This document shows positions 8,208-16,606 of a stretch of 32,000 nucleotides of DNA, piece by piece. The stretch lies in contig CALSTM010000002.1 in the NCBI GenBank assembly GCA_943789275.1, positions 330,001 through 362,000 of the forward strand, in the 5' to 3' direction. This DNA is from Candidatus Poseidoniaceae archaeon. GTDB lineage: Archaea; Thermoplasmatota; Poseidoniia; Poseidoniales; Poseidoniaceae. The position numbers were made by a program, and so were the translations under genes. The notes beneath the pieces are model-generated. The model was not told the DNA's origin and ran no database searches. It saw nothing but the letters and a program-made list of their open reading frames with translations. Numbering within the stretch: the first letter of the stretch is position 1; each line of letters starts with the position of its first letter.

Positions 8208-9209
8208 ATGGCACGGGGTGGACTGGACAGCGAAATTGCTCGCTTGAAGCACAAAGATGTGCGACAGCGTAGACGCGCTATACGGGTCTTGTTTGATACC
8301 GATGTACCTCGGGCACTGGAAGGATTTGTACCTTTGCTCAACGATAAGGATGCTTGGTTTCGCTCCAAAGCACTTGAGGCTCATCGCAAATGGGCCCCGA
8401 AGCAAGGGGTTGAGTCCTTGCGAACTTTAGCCACTCACTCTTGGCTTGATGCACGACGCTGCGCTGCGAATCTGCTCGGAGACTTCTCGCAAGACACCAC
8501 TGAAATCGCACTCCTCTTGATTGAAGATGACGACTTGACCTGTACGAGGAAAGCAGCCGAAGCCCTTCTCAAAGGTGAAGAAGCAACGAAGTATTCAGCC
8601 GAGTTTCAATCTCATTCCGACAGCGCAATTCGGCGTTTAGCAGTCTTGAGTAAAGGCGCTGATGCTGAACATCGAAACGCCGCTCTGATCGACGAATCAA
8701 ACAACGTCAGAGAAGCAGCGCTACAAGCCGTTGTTGACAACGGTGAAACGCTTTCCGAAGACGGTATGAAGGAGATGCTCGAGCGTGGTATCGACACCAA
8801 ACCGTTGCTTTCCTCTGCTGTTCAAAACGCTGGAGAGGTCTTGGTTGAAATTGCTGAGAAAGCCGATGCCCAAACCATGAAAGCACTTGTCAAAGAACTG
8901 CGTAGCCAGTGTGACTCGTTACAAGATGGTGCGCTTCAGATTCTGTTGGAGAATGAAATGTACGCAGTGGCTGGACGATGGATGCAAGGTAAGAAAAATC
9001 AAGAAATCGATGCATTGCGATGGGAAATCATTCGTAACGATTCGGTTGATGTGATCGAACGTGCCCGATTACTGGAGCGTCTTATCGGGCGATGTGGTGA
9101 GGTGGAAATCGCTGAAGAAAACCGTCGGTTCCTTGACGAATGCACGGATGAGTTGCTCCGTATTTCAGCAGAGAACCTTTCAACCGCCTCCACTGAACTG
9201 GGTCTATGA
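8208..9209 (+). CDS. HEAT / PBS-lyase-like repeat protein
   Basis: It has recurrent helical repeat units of the HEAT type: DVRQRRRAIRVLFD, DAWFRSKALEAH, DARRCAANLLGD, TCTRKAAEAL, DSAIRRLAVL and NNVREAALQAV. Its stop overlaps the next gene's start (ATGA at 9206-9209). Confidence 0.65.
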   Translation: MARGGLDSEIARLKHKDVRQRRRAIRVLFDTDVPRALEGFVPLLNDKDAWFRSKALEAHRKWAPKQGVESLRTLATHSWLDARRCAANLLGDFSQDTTEIALLLIEDDDLTCTRKAAEALLKGEEATKYSAEFQSHSDSAIRRLAVLSKGADAEHRNAALIDESNNVREAALQAVVDNGETLSEDGMKEMLERGIDTKPLLSSAVQNAGEVLVEIAEKADAQTMKALVKELRSQCDSLQDGALQILLENEMYAVAGRWMQGKKNQEIDALRWEIIRNDSVDVIERARLLERLIGRCGEVEIAEENRRFLDECTDELLRISAENLSTASTELGL

Positions 9210-11041
9210 GCCGCCAATCCTCAGGCATCCGCTTCCTTATCGACGCTACAGAAGGTGAATCTCGACGCTTGTGCGTCGGCATCCAAATCAACGGACCTTT
9301 TACCTCATCCAACCTCATAATGCACTTTCCTCGATGGGTACCTGGTTCCTACTTTTTACGAGAACCTATCCAACATATGACGGATTTTGTAGCAACCGAC
9401 CAATCCGGAAACATGCTCTCTGCATCAAGGAAAGGCGTTGACGCCATGCGCATCAAACTCTCACCAACGACGACCAGTGTCATGCTGACCTATCGGCTTC
9501 TAGCGGTCAATCTCTCTGTTCGTGCAAACCATTTGGATACCACACATTTGCACATGATGCCGCCCTTTACGTGGTTCATGCCAACCGAAGGGATTGATTC
9601 AAGCCGAATGAACATGGAGCACATCGTTGAATTGCATTCTCCAAAAGGTTGGACGCCTGCGACACAATATACCTCAACCGGAAACCGTTCAGGAAAAGGT
9701 GAACTGACCCCGAATCAGGGCACAACGCACTGTTTTACCTCTCCAAGCCGTGATGAATTCCTCGACGCTATTATCGAATGCAATCCAAACCCGATGGATT
9801 CTTGGGTCGTTGATGGACGAACGCACCATCTCAAATTGTGGGACAGTGGAGGGCATTCCATCGATGCAGGGATGCTTGAGCGATTCAAGGAAGACATGGA
9901 TCGTGTGGTCAAAGAACACCACGCATTGTTCGGCATACCCAAGTGGGACAATTACGTCACCGTCATTCACCTTACAGAAAACATGAGAGGTGGACTTGAA
10001 CATCTGAATTCACAAACTTCGATGCTCCCTCGGCAATGCCTCATACCCGGCCATGAAGATGAGTACAGGGACTTAGTGAGCCTGTACAGTCACGAATACC
10101 TCCACCAATGGAACGTGAAGCGATTACGCCCTCGGAACTTCCTTGACTACGATTTGCAACGTGAAGGTCATTCCGATTTATTGTGGTGGTTTGAAGGCGG
10201 AACCTCATGGCTGGGCGATATGTTATGTGTTCGTTCTGGAGCATGGTCTGAAGAAGACTGGCGCAAGGATTTCATGCGCAAAATGAAACGCCATACGTCC
10301 AGACACGGTATGGAAAGCGAATCATTGGCTGAATCAAGCCATGATGCGTGGATTCACTTGTATCGAGGCCACGCCTTCTCAAGAGAGACTCAAATCTCAT
10401 ACTACCTTGAAGGAGAATTGGCACTGATGCAATTGGATTCAGAATTACGACGGCGGTCGAAAGGAGAGGTTGGCGTCTGTGACTTGGCTGCAGAGTTGTG
10501 CCGTAAACATGCTCTGGAATACGAAGGCGTCGAGCGCCTTGGTGTGACCTACAAAGACATTCGACGAACGTTAACCTCCATGAAAGGAGGCCGGCAATTA
10601 GGCTCGATGCTCGACGCTTTGATGCATGAGAGAAAAGCCCCTGACATGGAGGCAACAATGGCCTATTTTGGACTCAAACTGGTTGCTGAAAATCCACTTA
10701 AAGAAGGGGATGAGAAGCACGGATGGCTTGGAGTGAATCTCTCGACCAAGAGTGGAAAAATCATCGTATCGTCTCACCTAAGTGACTCGCCAATACGCCA
10801 TTGCGTCATGCCAAGTGATGAAATTATCGCCGTTGACGGGGTGCGAACTTCTTCACTTCATGGCTTGAAAACTTCACTGAAAAATAAAGCTGGAACGGAA
10901 GTGGAATTGACCATATCACATGAAGGAATCGTGCATCAACATACGGTCAGTCTGGTTTCTGCTCCACAACACGGAGTGAAATTAGAAGGGAAAGGAAACG
11001 CCAGATGGAGAGCCTATCTTGCCACCCGTCAAGACGAATGA
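9206..11041 (+). CDS. M61-family metalloprotease (glycyl aminopeptidase family, COG3975-like) with a C-terminal PDZ domain
   Basis: SHEYLHQWNVKRLRP is the M61 HEXXH block, and DLLWWFEGGTSWLGD follows it. The N-terminal FPRWVPGSYFLREP is typical of the family. The C-terminal GWLGVNLSTKSGKIIVSSHLSDSPIRHCVMPSDEIIAVDG is PDZ-like. Confidence 0.85.
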   Translation: MSRQSSGIRFLIDATEGESRRLCVGIQINGPFTSSNLIMHFPRWVPGSYFLREPIQHMTDFVATDQSGNMLSASRKGVDAMRIKLSPTTTSVMLTYRLLAVNLSVRANHLDTTHLHMMPPFTWFMPTEGIDSSRMNMEHIVELHSPKGWTPATQYTSTGNRSGKGELTPNQGTTHCFTSPSRDEFLDAIIECNPNPMDSWVVDGRTHHLKLWDSGGHSIDAGMLERFKEDMDRVVKEHHALFGIPKWDNYVTVIHLTENMRGGLEHLNSQTSMLPRQCLIPGHEDEYRDLVSLYSHEYLHQWNVKRLRPRNFLDYDLQREGHSDLLWWFEGGTSWLGDMLCVRSGAWSEEDWRKDFMRKMKRHTSRHGMESESLAESSHDAWIHLYRGHAFSRETQISYYLEGELALMQLDSELRRRSKGEVGVCDLAAELCRKHALEYEGVERLGVTYKDIRRTLTSMKGGRQLGSMLDALMHERKAPDMEATMAYFGLKLVAENPLKEGDEKHGWLGVNLSTKSGKIIVSSHLSDSPIRHCVMPSDEIIAVDGVRTSSLHGLKTSLKNKAGTEVELTISHEGIVHQHTVSLVSAPQHGVKLEGKGNARWRAYLATRQDE

Positions 11042-11460
11042 GACGGTTCTTGTTGTGCAAGTATCTCTAAAGATACATGGATTGGAGGCAAGTGATCAGC
11101 AATGGTGTGACGGCTTGTCTTGGGAGGATAGACATTGCCTGAGAGGCACATGTCAATGACTTCTTGCTTGGTAATCGATTTGAGTTCTGAAGCCGGCCAA
11201 ACACCGACTTCTATTCGTTCATCCGCCAAATAATCAACACAAATTGCTGGAACACGGGCTAATTTGAGTTCACCGGCAATCGAGTAACGATGATGGCCGT
11301 CCAAGATAGCACCCGTTCGCTTATCGACAATCAACGGTTTGGTAAAGCCGCCCCATCGCTTGGTCATTTCAAGCAACTTGTCACGATTACGCGGCTTGAT
11401 TTCTTCATGCGGTTTAAGCCATTCATACGGCACCAGGTGAACTTCTTCATCATCCCACAT
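11029..11460 (-). CDS. Small ParB/sulfiredoxin-fold (ParB N-terminal-like) protein
   Basis: LKPHEEI...KPLIVDKRTGAILDGHHRYSIAGELKLARVP matches the ParB-like nuclease / Srx-fold core (kPhE ... ilDGhHR). Its 3' end overlaps the convergent M61 gene by 13 nt. Confidence 0.65.
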   Translation of the reverse strand: MWDDEEVHLVPYEWLKPHEEIKPRNRDKLLEMTKRWGGFTKPLIVDKRTGAILDGHHRYSIAGELKLARVPAICVDYLADERIEVGVWPASELKSITKQEVIDMCLSGNVYPPKTSRHTIADHLPPIHVSLEILAQQEPSHSS

Positions 11461-11536
11461 TGAGCCCTTCGAACGGCTCTTCTGCGATAATGCTTTGTCT
11501 GTTATGCGCCCCCATTCGTCGTAAAGGAGGGAGCTT

Positions 11537-12904
11537 ATGGGAATCGAAGGATGGCCGATACCGGCATTAGAAGCAGATGTTCCCGCCGTTGAATGCCCCG
11601 CACACGTGCTTCAATGGATTGATGCGCTCCCATCTGAAGTTCTCGATATCGTTTCAACCGTTGCACAAAATGGCGGTGGGATTTGGGTTGTTGGTGGCGC
11701 TGTTCGGGATGTATGCCTTGGCATAGAGGTCCATGACATTGATTTCGCTGTATCACTGGAACCCGAACATATGATGCAAATATTTCCTGACGCCGTACCT
11801 ACGGGCATCGATTTCGGAACTGTGAGCCTGAGAGGTGAAGAAGCGTTCTACGAAGCAACTACCCTTCGAATTGAAAGCAACTATACCGATGGACGTAGAC
11901 CTGAACAGGTCAGGTGGGGCACTTCTCTGTCCGAGGATTTAGAACGCAGAGACTTCACGATTAATGCGATGGCCATCGATGTGGCGCGCAAAGTGATGCA
12001 TGACCCTCATCACGGCATTCAAGATATGGAACGAGGATTGATTCGGGCTGTTGGTCAAGCGTACGGCAGACTTTCTGAAGACGCTTTGAGAATCCTTCGC
12101 GCTTACCGGTTTTTAGACCGTGGAAAAGCAGGAATATGGGATTTTGACTTTGAACTAAGTGAAGCACTGCGGCAAAATGCGCATAAATTGAAAGTCGTGA
12201 CCAATGAACGTATTTGGATGGAATGGCTAAAAATATTGAACGGTCGAAACGTTGCTAAAGTCGTTGAGAAAATGGCCCATGATGGAGTACTCGACACCTT
12301 TTTGCCAGGCAACTGGGCTTCACAACATGTTCTCCTTTCAGCCCTTCAACACCCGTATGTACGCGACTTTGACGGCCTCACTCGCTTTGCCCTTCTACTC
12401 TGTGAAACCTTTTCTATAGAGGTCGATGAAGCATTAGTGGGACTGAAACTCTCAAAGAAAGAGCGAAACCATATTTTGGACCTTCACCAGCGTTTTGGCC
12501 AACTCCCTACGACCTCTACCTCCAGCCTTCGAGTGTTCCGAGCTGTGCTGGGTGAAAAAGCGGAATTGCACCTTCAACTCGAAGTGGTCACTCGCAGCCA
12601 TAACCTCTCTCCGTCTATGGGTGGAAGCGAAGAAAAGGTAGACGATGTGTATGCGTTGTTGGAAAAATTGGAGAATTTACCGCCACTCAAAGCCGGCCAT
12701 TCCTCACTGGTTGATGGGCATTGGATTATGCAAAGAACTGGCCTGCCAAAAGGCCGAGCTCTTGGGAAATTGAAAGCTTGGCTTCACAGGATACAGATCG
12801 AACGCGACTTGGCGAGCGAAGAAGAAATCGAAGATGTTCTCTGCTCGCTTCATTGGAGCGAAGAAAATTATCTTGATTGGCCGGTTTTACAATTTCCCGA
12901 ATGA
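11537..12904 (+). CDS. cca: Class II (bacterial/eukaryotic-type) tRNA nucleotidyltransferase, likely CCA-adding
   Basis: Motif A is VVGGAVRDVCLGIEVHDIDFAV, motif B is RRDFTINAMA, motif C region is DPHHGIQDMERGLIRAVG, and motif D is EDALRILRAYRF (the EDxxR template). An AAGGAGGGA SD lies 5-6 nt upstream of the ATG. Confidence 0.8.
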   Translation: MGIEGWPIPALEADVPAVECPAHVLQWIDALPSEVLDIVSTVAQNGGGIWVVGGAVRDVCLGIEVHDIDFAVSLEPEHMMQIFPDAVPTGIDFGTVSLRGEEAFYEATTLRIESNYTDGRRPEQVRWGTSLSEDLERRDFTINAMAIDVARKVMHDPHHGIQDMERGLIRAVGQAYGRLSEDALRILRAYRFLDRGKAGIWDFDFELSEALRQNAHKLKVVTNERIWMEWLKILNGRNVAKVVEKMAHDGVLDTFLPGNWASQHVLLSALQHPYVRDFDGLTRFALLLCETFSIEVDEALVGLKLSKKERNHILDLHQRFGQLPTTSTSSLRVFRAVLGEKAELHLQLEVVTRSHNLSPSMGGSEEKVDDVYALLEKLENLPPLKAGHSSLVDGHWIMQRTGLPKGRALGKLKAWLHRIQIERDLASEEEIEDVLCSLHWSEENYLDWPVLQFPE

Positions 12905-12946
12905 AGTTGGCATCAAGTTGATGAACAGGAATGACTTCCTTTGGTT

Positions 12947-14239
12947 ATGCAAGGCGGGACAATCAAGGATAAGGCCTTAGAAAAAATCGGCCAAAAACTC
13001 TTAGACAAAGGATTCAACCTTACATCCTTGAACGATAAAGAATTGGCTGAAATCGCCGTTCGGTTCACTGGAGACAGTCCTCCAGCACACATTCCAAGAG
13101 AAACGGTCATCGAGATATTGTCCCAACAAGATTCCGTCAAACAATGGGCACAATCCATCAGACAAAACATGGCGCCTCAAGCGAAAGAAGCCGTCACTGA
13201 AAACATCCGTAACCGTGTCGATAACGTTCAGGCTACGGTGTCCAAGAAAATTGAATCCGACCCTATGGCTGCTAAAATGGCGGACAAATTTGGTGAATGG
13301 CTCAAAGACTCCGGCTACACTACAGCACAACTCACCCAAATGCTCGATTCAAATACGGACATGTACATCTCCAACGATGAGGCGATTAAATTTGTTCGAA
13401 AAATTTCCAAGACCGAACCTCCTCAATGGGTCATTGACTCGTTAATGAAAATCATGGATTCGAACGATGATGGCCGACTATCGGTGGAGGAATGGTGGAT
13501 GTTCCTCGAATCAATTGGGTTCGAAAAAATTCCTGAAACAGCCACTGAAGTTGAAGAAGAAGTCAATGATGAATTTGGAGACCTTGAGGAAGAGTTTCAA
13601 GCCGATGTCAAGTCGATTGAAGAACTCAAAATCGACCAAGATGAAGCCGCTCGCATTATGGCACAAGCCAATAAAGAGGCTGCTGAAAGAATCAAAAAGC
13701 AGGAAGAGGAGCTTAAGCGTACAATGGCCAGTGTGTCCATCGAAGATACAACAGAAGAAATCGAGGATAATGCCCGAGAAATGGCTTCGGCAGTCGGAGT
13801 TGCAAGCATGGGTGCTGCATTGGTTGCATCCCAAATCGATGAGTCGACTGAGATTGTTCGTGTACCCGTCACTGATGGCTCTATTTCCTGGGAAATTGAA
13901 AACCCGAATGAGATTATGATTGAGAAATTAGAACGATCTCGCCTGTCCAGCGAGGCTGATGCAATCATTGCTGAGTGCCACGAACATCTTTGTGCTCTTC
14001 GTGTCGAAGAAGTCGGTCGTACACTGCTCGCAAAGGATGAGTTCCGTGGTGGCTATACCGTTGTCGGTGAATTCGATGGCGGCCCATTCACCGCAGGAGT
14101 GATGTTCCCTGAATCTGAGAACGACAAAATACTTGCCTTCAAAATTGGCTCGACCATCAATTGTGTCGGGAAAATCGTGAAGTGGTCAAGCGGAAGAAGG
14201 GAAGCGGTCCTCAAAGGAAGGGACCCTATTCTGCGTTAA
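12947..14239 (+). CDS. EF-hand pair protein with an acidic coiled-coil region and an uncharacterised C-terminal beta-rich domain
   Basis: There are two calcium-binding-loop matches: DSNTDMYISNDE (13346-13381) and the canonical DSNDDGRLSVEE (13457-13492). An E/D-rich helical stretch follows, then a conserved-looking C-terminus GGYTVVGEFDGGPFTAGVMFPE...INCVGKIVKW. I prefer the ATG at 12947 over the TTG at 12941. Confidence 0.65.
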   Translation: MQGGTIKDKALEKIGQKLLDKGFNLTSLNDKELAEIAVRFTGDSPPAHIPRETVIEILSQQDSVKQWAQSIRQNMAPQAKEAVTENIRNRVDNVQATVSKKIESDPMAAKMADKFGEWLKDSGYTTAQLTQMLDSNTDMYISNDEAIKFVRKISKTEPPQWVIDSLMKIMDSNDDGRLSVEEWWMFLESIGFEKIPETATEVEEEVNDEFGDLEEEFQADVKSIEELKIDQDEAARIMAQANKEAAERIKKQEEELKRTMASVSIEDTTEEIEDNAREMASAVGVASMGAALVASQIDESTEIVRVPVTDGSISWEIENPNEIMIEKLERSRLSSEADAIIAECHEHLCALRVEEVGRTLLAKDEFRGGYTVVGEFDGGPFTAGVMFPESENDKILAFKIGSTINCVGKIVKWSSGRREAVLKGRDPILR

Positions 14240-14240
14240 A

Positions 14241-15410
14241 TCACTTGAGAGCTCGAGCAATAACGATTCGTTGGACTTCTTGGGTACCTTCGTAAATCTG
14301 TGTGATTTTTGCATCTCGGAAGAACCGTTCCACTGGGAACTCCTTGGTGTAACCATAGCCGCCCAAAACTTGTATGGCTCGTTCTGAGACCCACATTGCC
14401 GTATCACCTGCATACAACTTCGCCATGCTTGCTTCCTTTGAATGCCGAGGGCCGTTGTGTTCGTAGTGTTGTTGTTTCACCCATGAAGCACGATAGACCA
14501 GAAGGCGAGCAGCATCAATTCGTGTGGCCATGTCAGCCAAATACGCCATTATCATTTGATGGTAGGCAATTGGTTTTCCAAAGGCTTCACGTTCGTGAGC
14601 GTACTGAAGGGCAGCTTCATAAGCGCCTTGAGCGATACCGAGCGCCTGAGCAGCGATACCTATTCGACTGTTATCCAAAGCATTCATTGCAATCGGGAAT
14701 CCTTTGCCAACACCCTTCAAGACATTCTCGACAGGGACCTTGCAGTTCTCCAGAATCAGCGTACATGTGTCCGATGAACGGATACCGAGTTTGTCTTCCT
14801 TTTTGCCAACTGAAAATCCTTCGAACGATGAATCGACGATGAATGCTGTGGAGCCCCCGTGCTTCTTGACGCCATAGTCGGGGTGGTCGACATCCTTGGC
14901 GAACAGAACTAAAATCTGGGCTTGTGCCCCGTTTGTGACCCACATTTTCTCACCGTTAAGGAGGAAGTGCTTACCATCATCCGAGAGTTTTGCCTTACAA
15001 ATCATAGCCGCAGCATCTGTTCCTGCTCCTGCTTCGGAGAGTGAATAGGCGCCAACATCACCTGCTGCCAAGCGTGTGAGGTACTGCTCCTTTTGCGAAT
15101 CATTACCGTGCAGTGCAATGGTCTTCGCACACAAGCCAACGTGAACGCAGTACATCACTGCGAAGGACGGGTCCACTCGGGCGAGTTCTTCAACGATAAT
15201 CGATTCAGAAATATCATCGACAGGAGAGCCGCCGTACTGTTCAGGAATAGTGACGCCTTGAAGTCCGAATTCGAGGAACTCTTGCCACTCTGCCGCCGGA
15301 GGTATTTGATTTTGATCGCGATGTTCCACAGTGGGTGCGAGTACACTTTCGGCAAAATCCCGTACGAGTTCGCGAATCATTTGCTGTTCATCGGTTTCGG
15401 CGTAATCCAT
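14241..15410 (-). CDS. Acyl-CoA dehydrogenase (short/medium-chain type)
   Basis: The sequence is full-length ACAD-like: MDYAETDEQQMIRELVRDFAE, AYSLSEAGAGTDAAAM, KMWVTNGAQAQILVLFAK and QIYEGTQEVQRIVIARAL. I prefer the ATG at 15410 over the GTG at 15443, based on the typical ACAD N-terminus. Confidence 0.9.
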   Translation of the reverse strand: MDYAETDEQQMIRELVRDFAESVLAPTVEHRDQNQIPPAAEWQEFLEFGLQGVTIPEQYGGSPVDDISESIIVEELARVDPSFAVMYCVHVGLCAKTIALHGNDSQKEQYLTRLAAGDVGAYSLSEAGAGTDAAAMICKAKLSDDGKHFLLNGEKMWVTNGAQAQILVLFAKDVDHPDYGVKKHGGSTAFIVDSSFEGFSVGKKEDKLGIRSSDTCTLILENCKVPVENVLKGVGKGFPIAMNALDNSRIGIAAQALGIAQGAYEAALQYAHEREAFGKPIAYHQMIMAYLADMATRIDAARLLVYRASWVKQQHYEHNGPRHSKEASMAKLYAGDTAMWVSERAIQVLGGYGYTKEFPVERFFRDAKITQIYEGTQEVQRIVIARALK

Positions 15411-15531
15411 AGGCGACCAAAGGGTGCTAAAACGCCGACTCACTTAACCCGTTTGTCGTATTTGCCTGAAACCAAAATATGCCTCAGATTCATATACAAT
15501 GGGGTTCGGGGCGATTTAAGGATGATTAACC

Positions 15532-15933
15532 ATGGACGATGAAGTGGTAGAATTCAGCGTAGCCCACAACAGAAAATATTCTCGAGACCACCTTTGGTAT
15601 CAAGAGAAAGACGAACGCTTGATGATTGGCGTCAGCGAGTTCCTCGCTGTTGAAATCGGAGAGGTTTTGCGAGTAATTCTCCCGCAAGCAGAATATGAAA
15701 TCGATGAAGGTCGTGACATGTTTTCGATTTGGACTGCAGAAGAAAAAGTTGCTTTCCCATCGCAATACTCAGGTATAATCGCTGAAGTTAACGGCGAAGT
15801 TGAAATCAATCCAGACCTTGTGAATGATTCCGCATACGACCACGGATGGATCATCATCATCGAACCTCACGAAATGGACCTCGAGAATCTCCTTGACCCT
15901 GATGAGTACGTCGAGTTCCTTGCTGAACTTTGA
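15532..15933 (+). CDS. Glycine-cleavage H-protein-like (lipoyl-carrier fold) protein with a non-canonical lipoylation site
   Basis: YSRDHLWYQEKDERLMIGVSEFLAVEIGEVLRVILP...YSGIIAEVNGEVEINPDLVNDSAYDHGWIIIIE aligns along the length of GcvH. The ESVKA block is replaced by WTAEEKV. Confidence 0.6.
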   Translation: MDDEVVEFSVAHNRKYSRDHLWYQEKDERLMIGVSEFLAVEIGEVLRVILPQAEYEIDEGRDMFSIWTAEEKVAFPSQYSGIIAEVNGEVEINPDLVNDSAYDHGWIIIIEPHEMDLENLLDPDEYVEFLAEL

Positions 15934-15969
15934 GTAAAGGTCATACCCCGTCACTCAAAGCCCTGTGGC

Positions 15970-16548
15970 ATGACCGATGCAATGATTCGACTTCGAGAGA
16001 GTCTACGAAACGCCCCTGTTATTTGGAAAGGGGATTATCCATACTTCATTCACCCCATCACTGATGGCGTCCCTCGACTCGACCCGATGGTACTGAAAGC
16101 TGTGACTGACTTGTGTGAGAAAGCCATTGATTGGAACGGTGTCGACCTTATTCTTGGTATTGAAGCGATGGGTTTGCCCCTTACAGCGCCCCTAAGCGTT
16201 CGTACTGGAATTCCACTGATTATCGCTAGAAAGCGCTCCTATGGCCTCGAAGGAGAAGTGACCATCGGACAAGAAACTGGTTATTCGAAAGGTGAAATGT
16301 TTCTCAATGATTTGAAGCCTGGTGAAAAGGTCGTTATTGTTGACGATGTACTTTCAACGGGCGGTACGCTCAAAGCAGTTCTTGAAGGAGTCCGTCGAAC
16401 CGGTGCTCAGGTAACGCACATCATCGCTGTTGTCGAAAAAGGACCGGGTTTGGCGCTCCTGCAGTCCGAATACCCAGAGGTGGCCATCGAATCTCTGGTG
16501 CGCCTCGAAATGGACGGAGCGCGTATTATTTTACTCGACGAAGAATGA
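15970..16548 (+). CDS. hpt: Archaeal-type hypoxanthine/guanine phosphoribosyltransferase
   Basis: LRESLRNAPVIWKGDYPYFIHPITDGVP and the PRPP motif VVIVDDVLSTGGTL closely track the archaeal Hpt family, as I recall it from MJ1655-type proteins. Confidence 0.85.
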   Translation: MTDAMIRLRESLRNAPVIWKGDYPYFIHPITDGVPRLDPMVLKAVTDLCEKAIDWNGVDLILGIEAMGLPLTAPLSVRTGIPLIIARKRSYGLEGEVTIGQETGYSKGEMFLNDLKPGEKVVIVDDVLSTGGTLKAVLEGVRRTGAQVTHIIAVVEKGPGLALLQSEYPEVAIESLVRLEMDGARIILLDEE

Positions 16549-16606
16549 CCGTCACCGTAGGGTGGATTCATGAGGGAGTGGTGTTCCGGTCATATTGGGG
16601 AAGGGC

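Noticed and set aside
13467-13968. ORFs 13467-13919 (+, 150 aa), 13511-13834 (-) and 13597-13968 (-)
   Set aside because: They are alternative-frame or antisense readings of the GA-rich DNA that encodes the E/K-rich stretch of the EF-hand protein. This is the typical low-complexity shadow of such a region.
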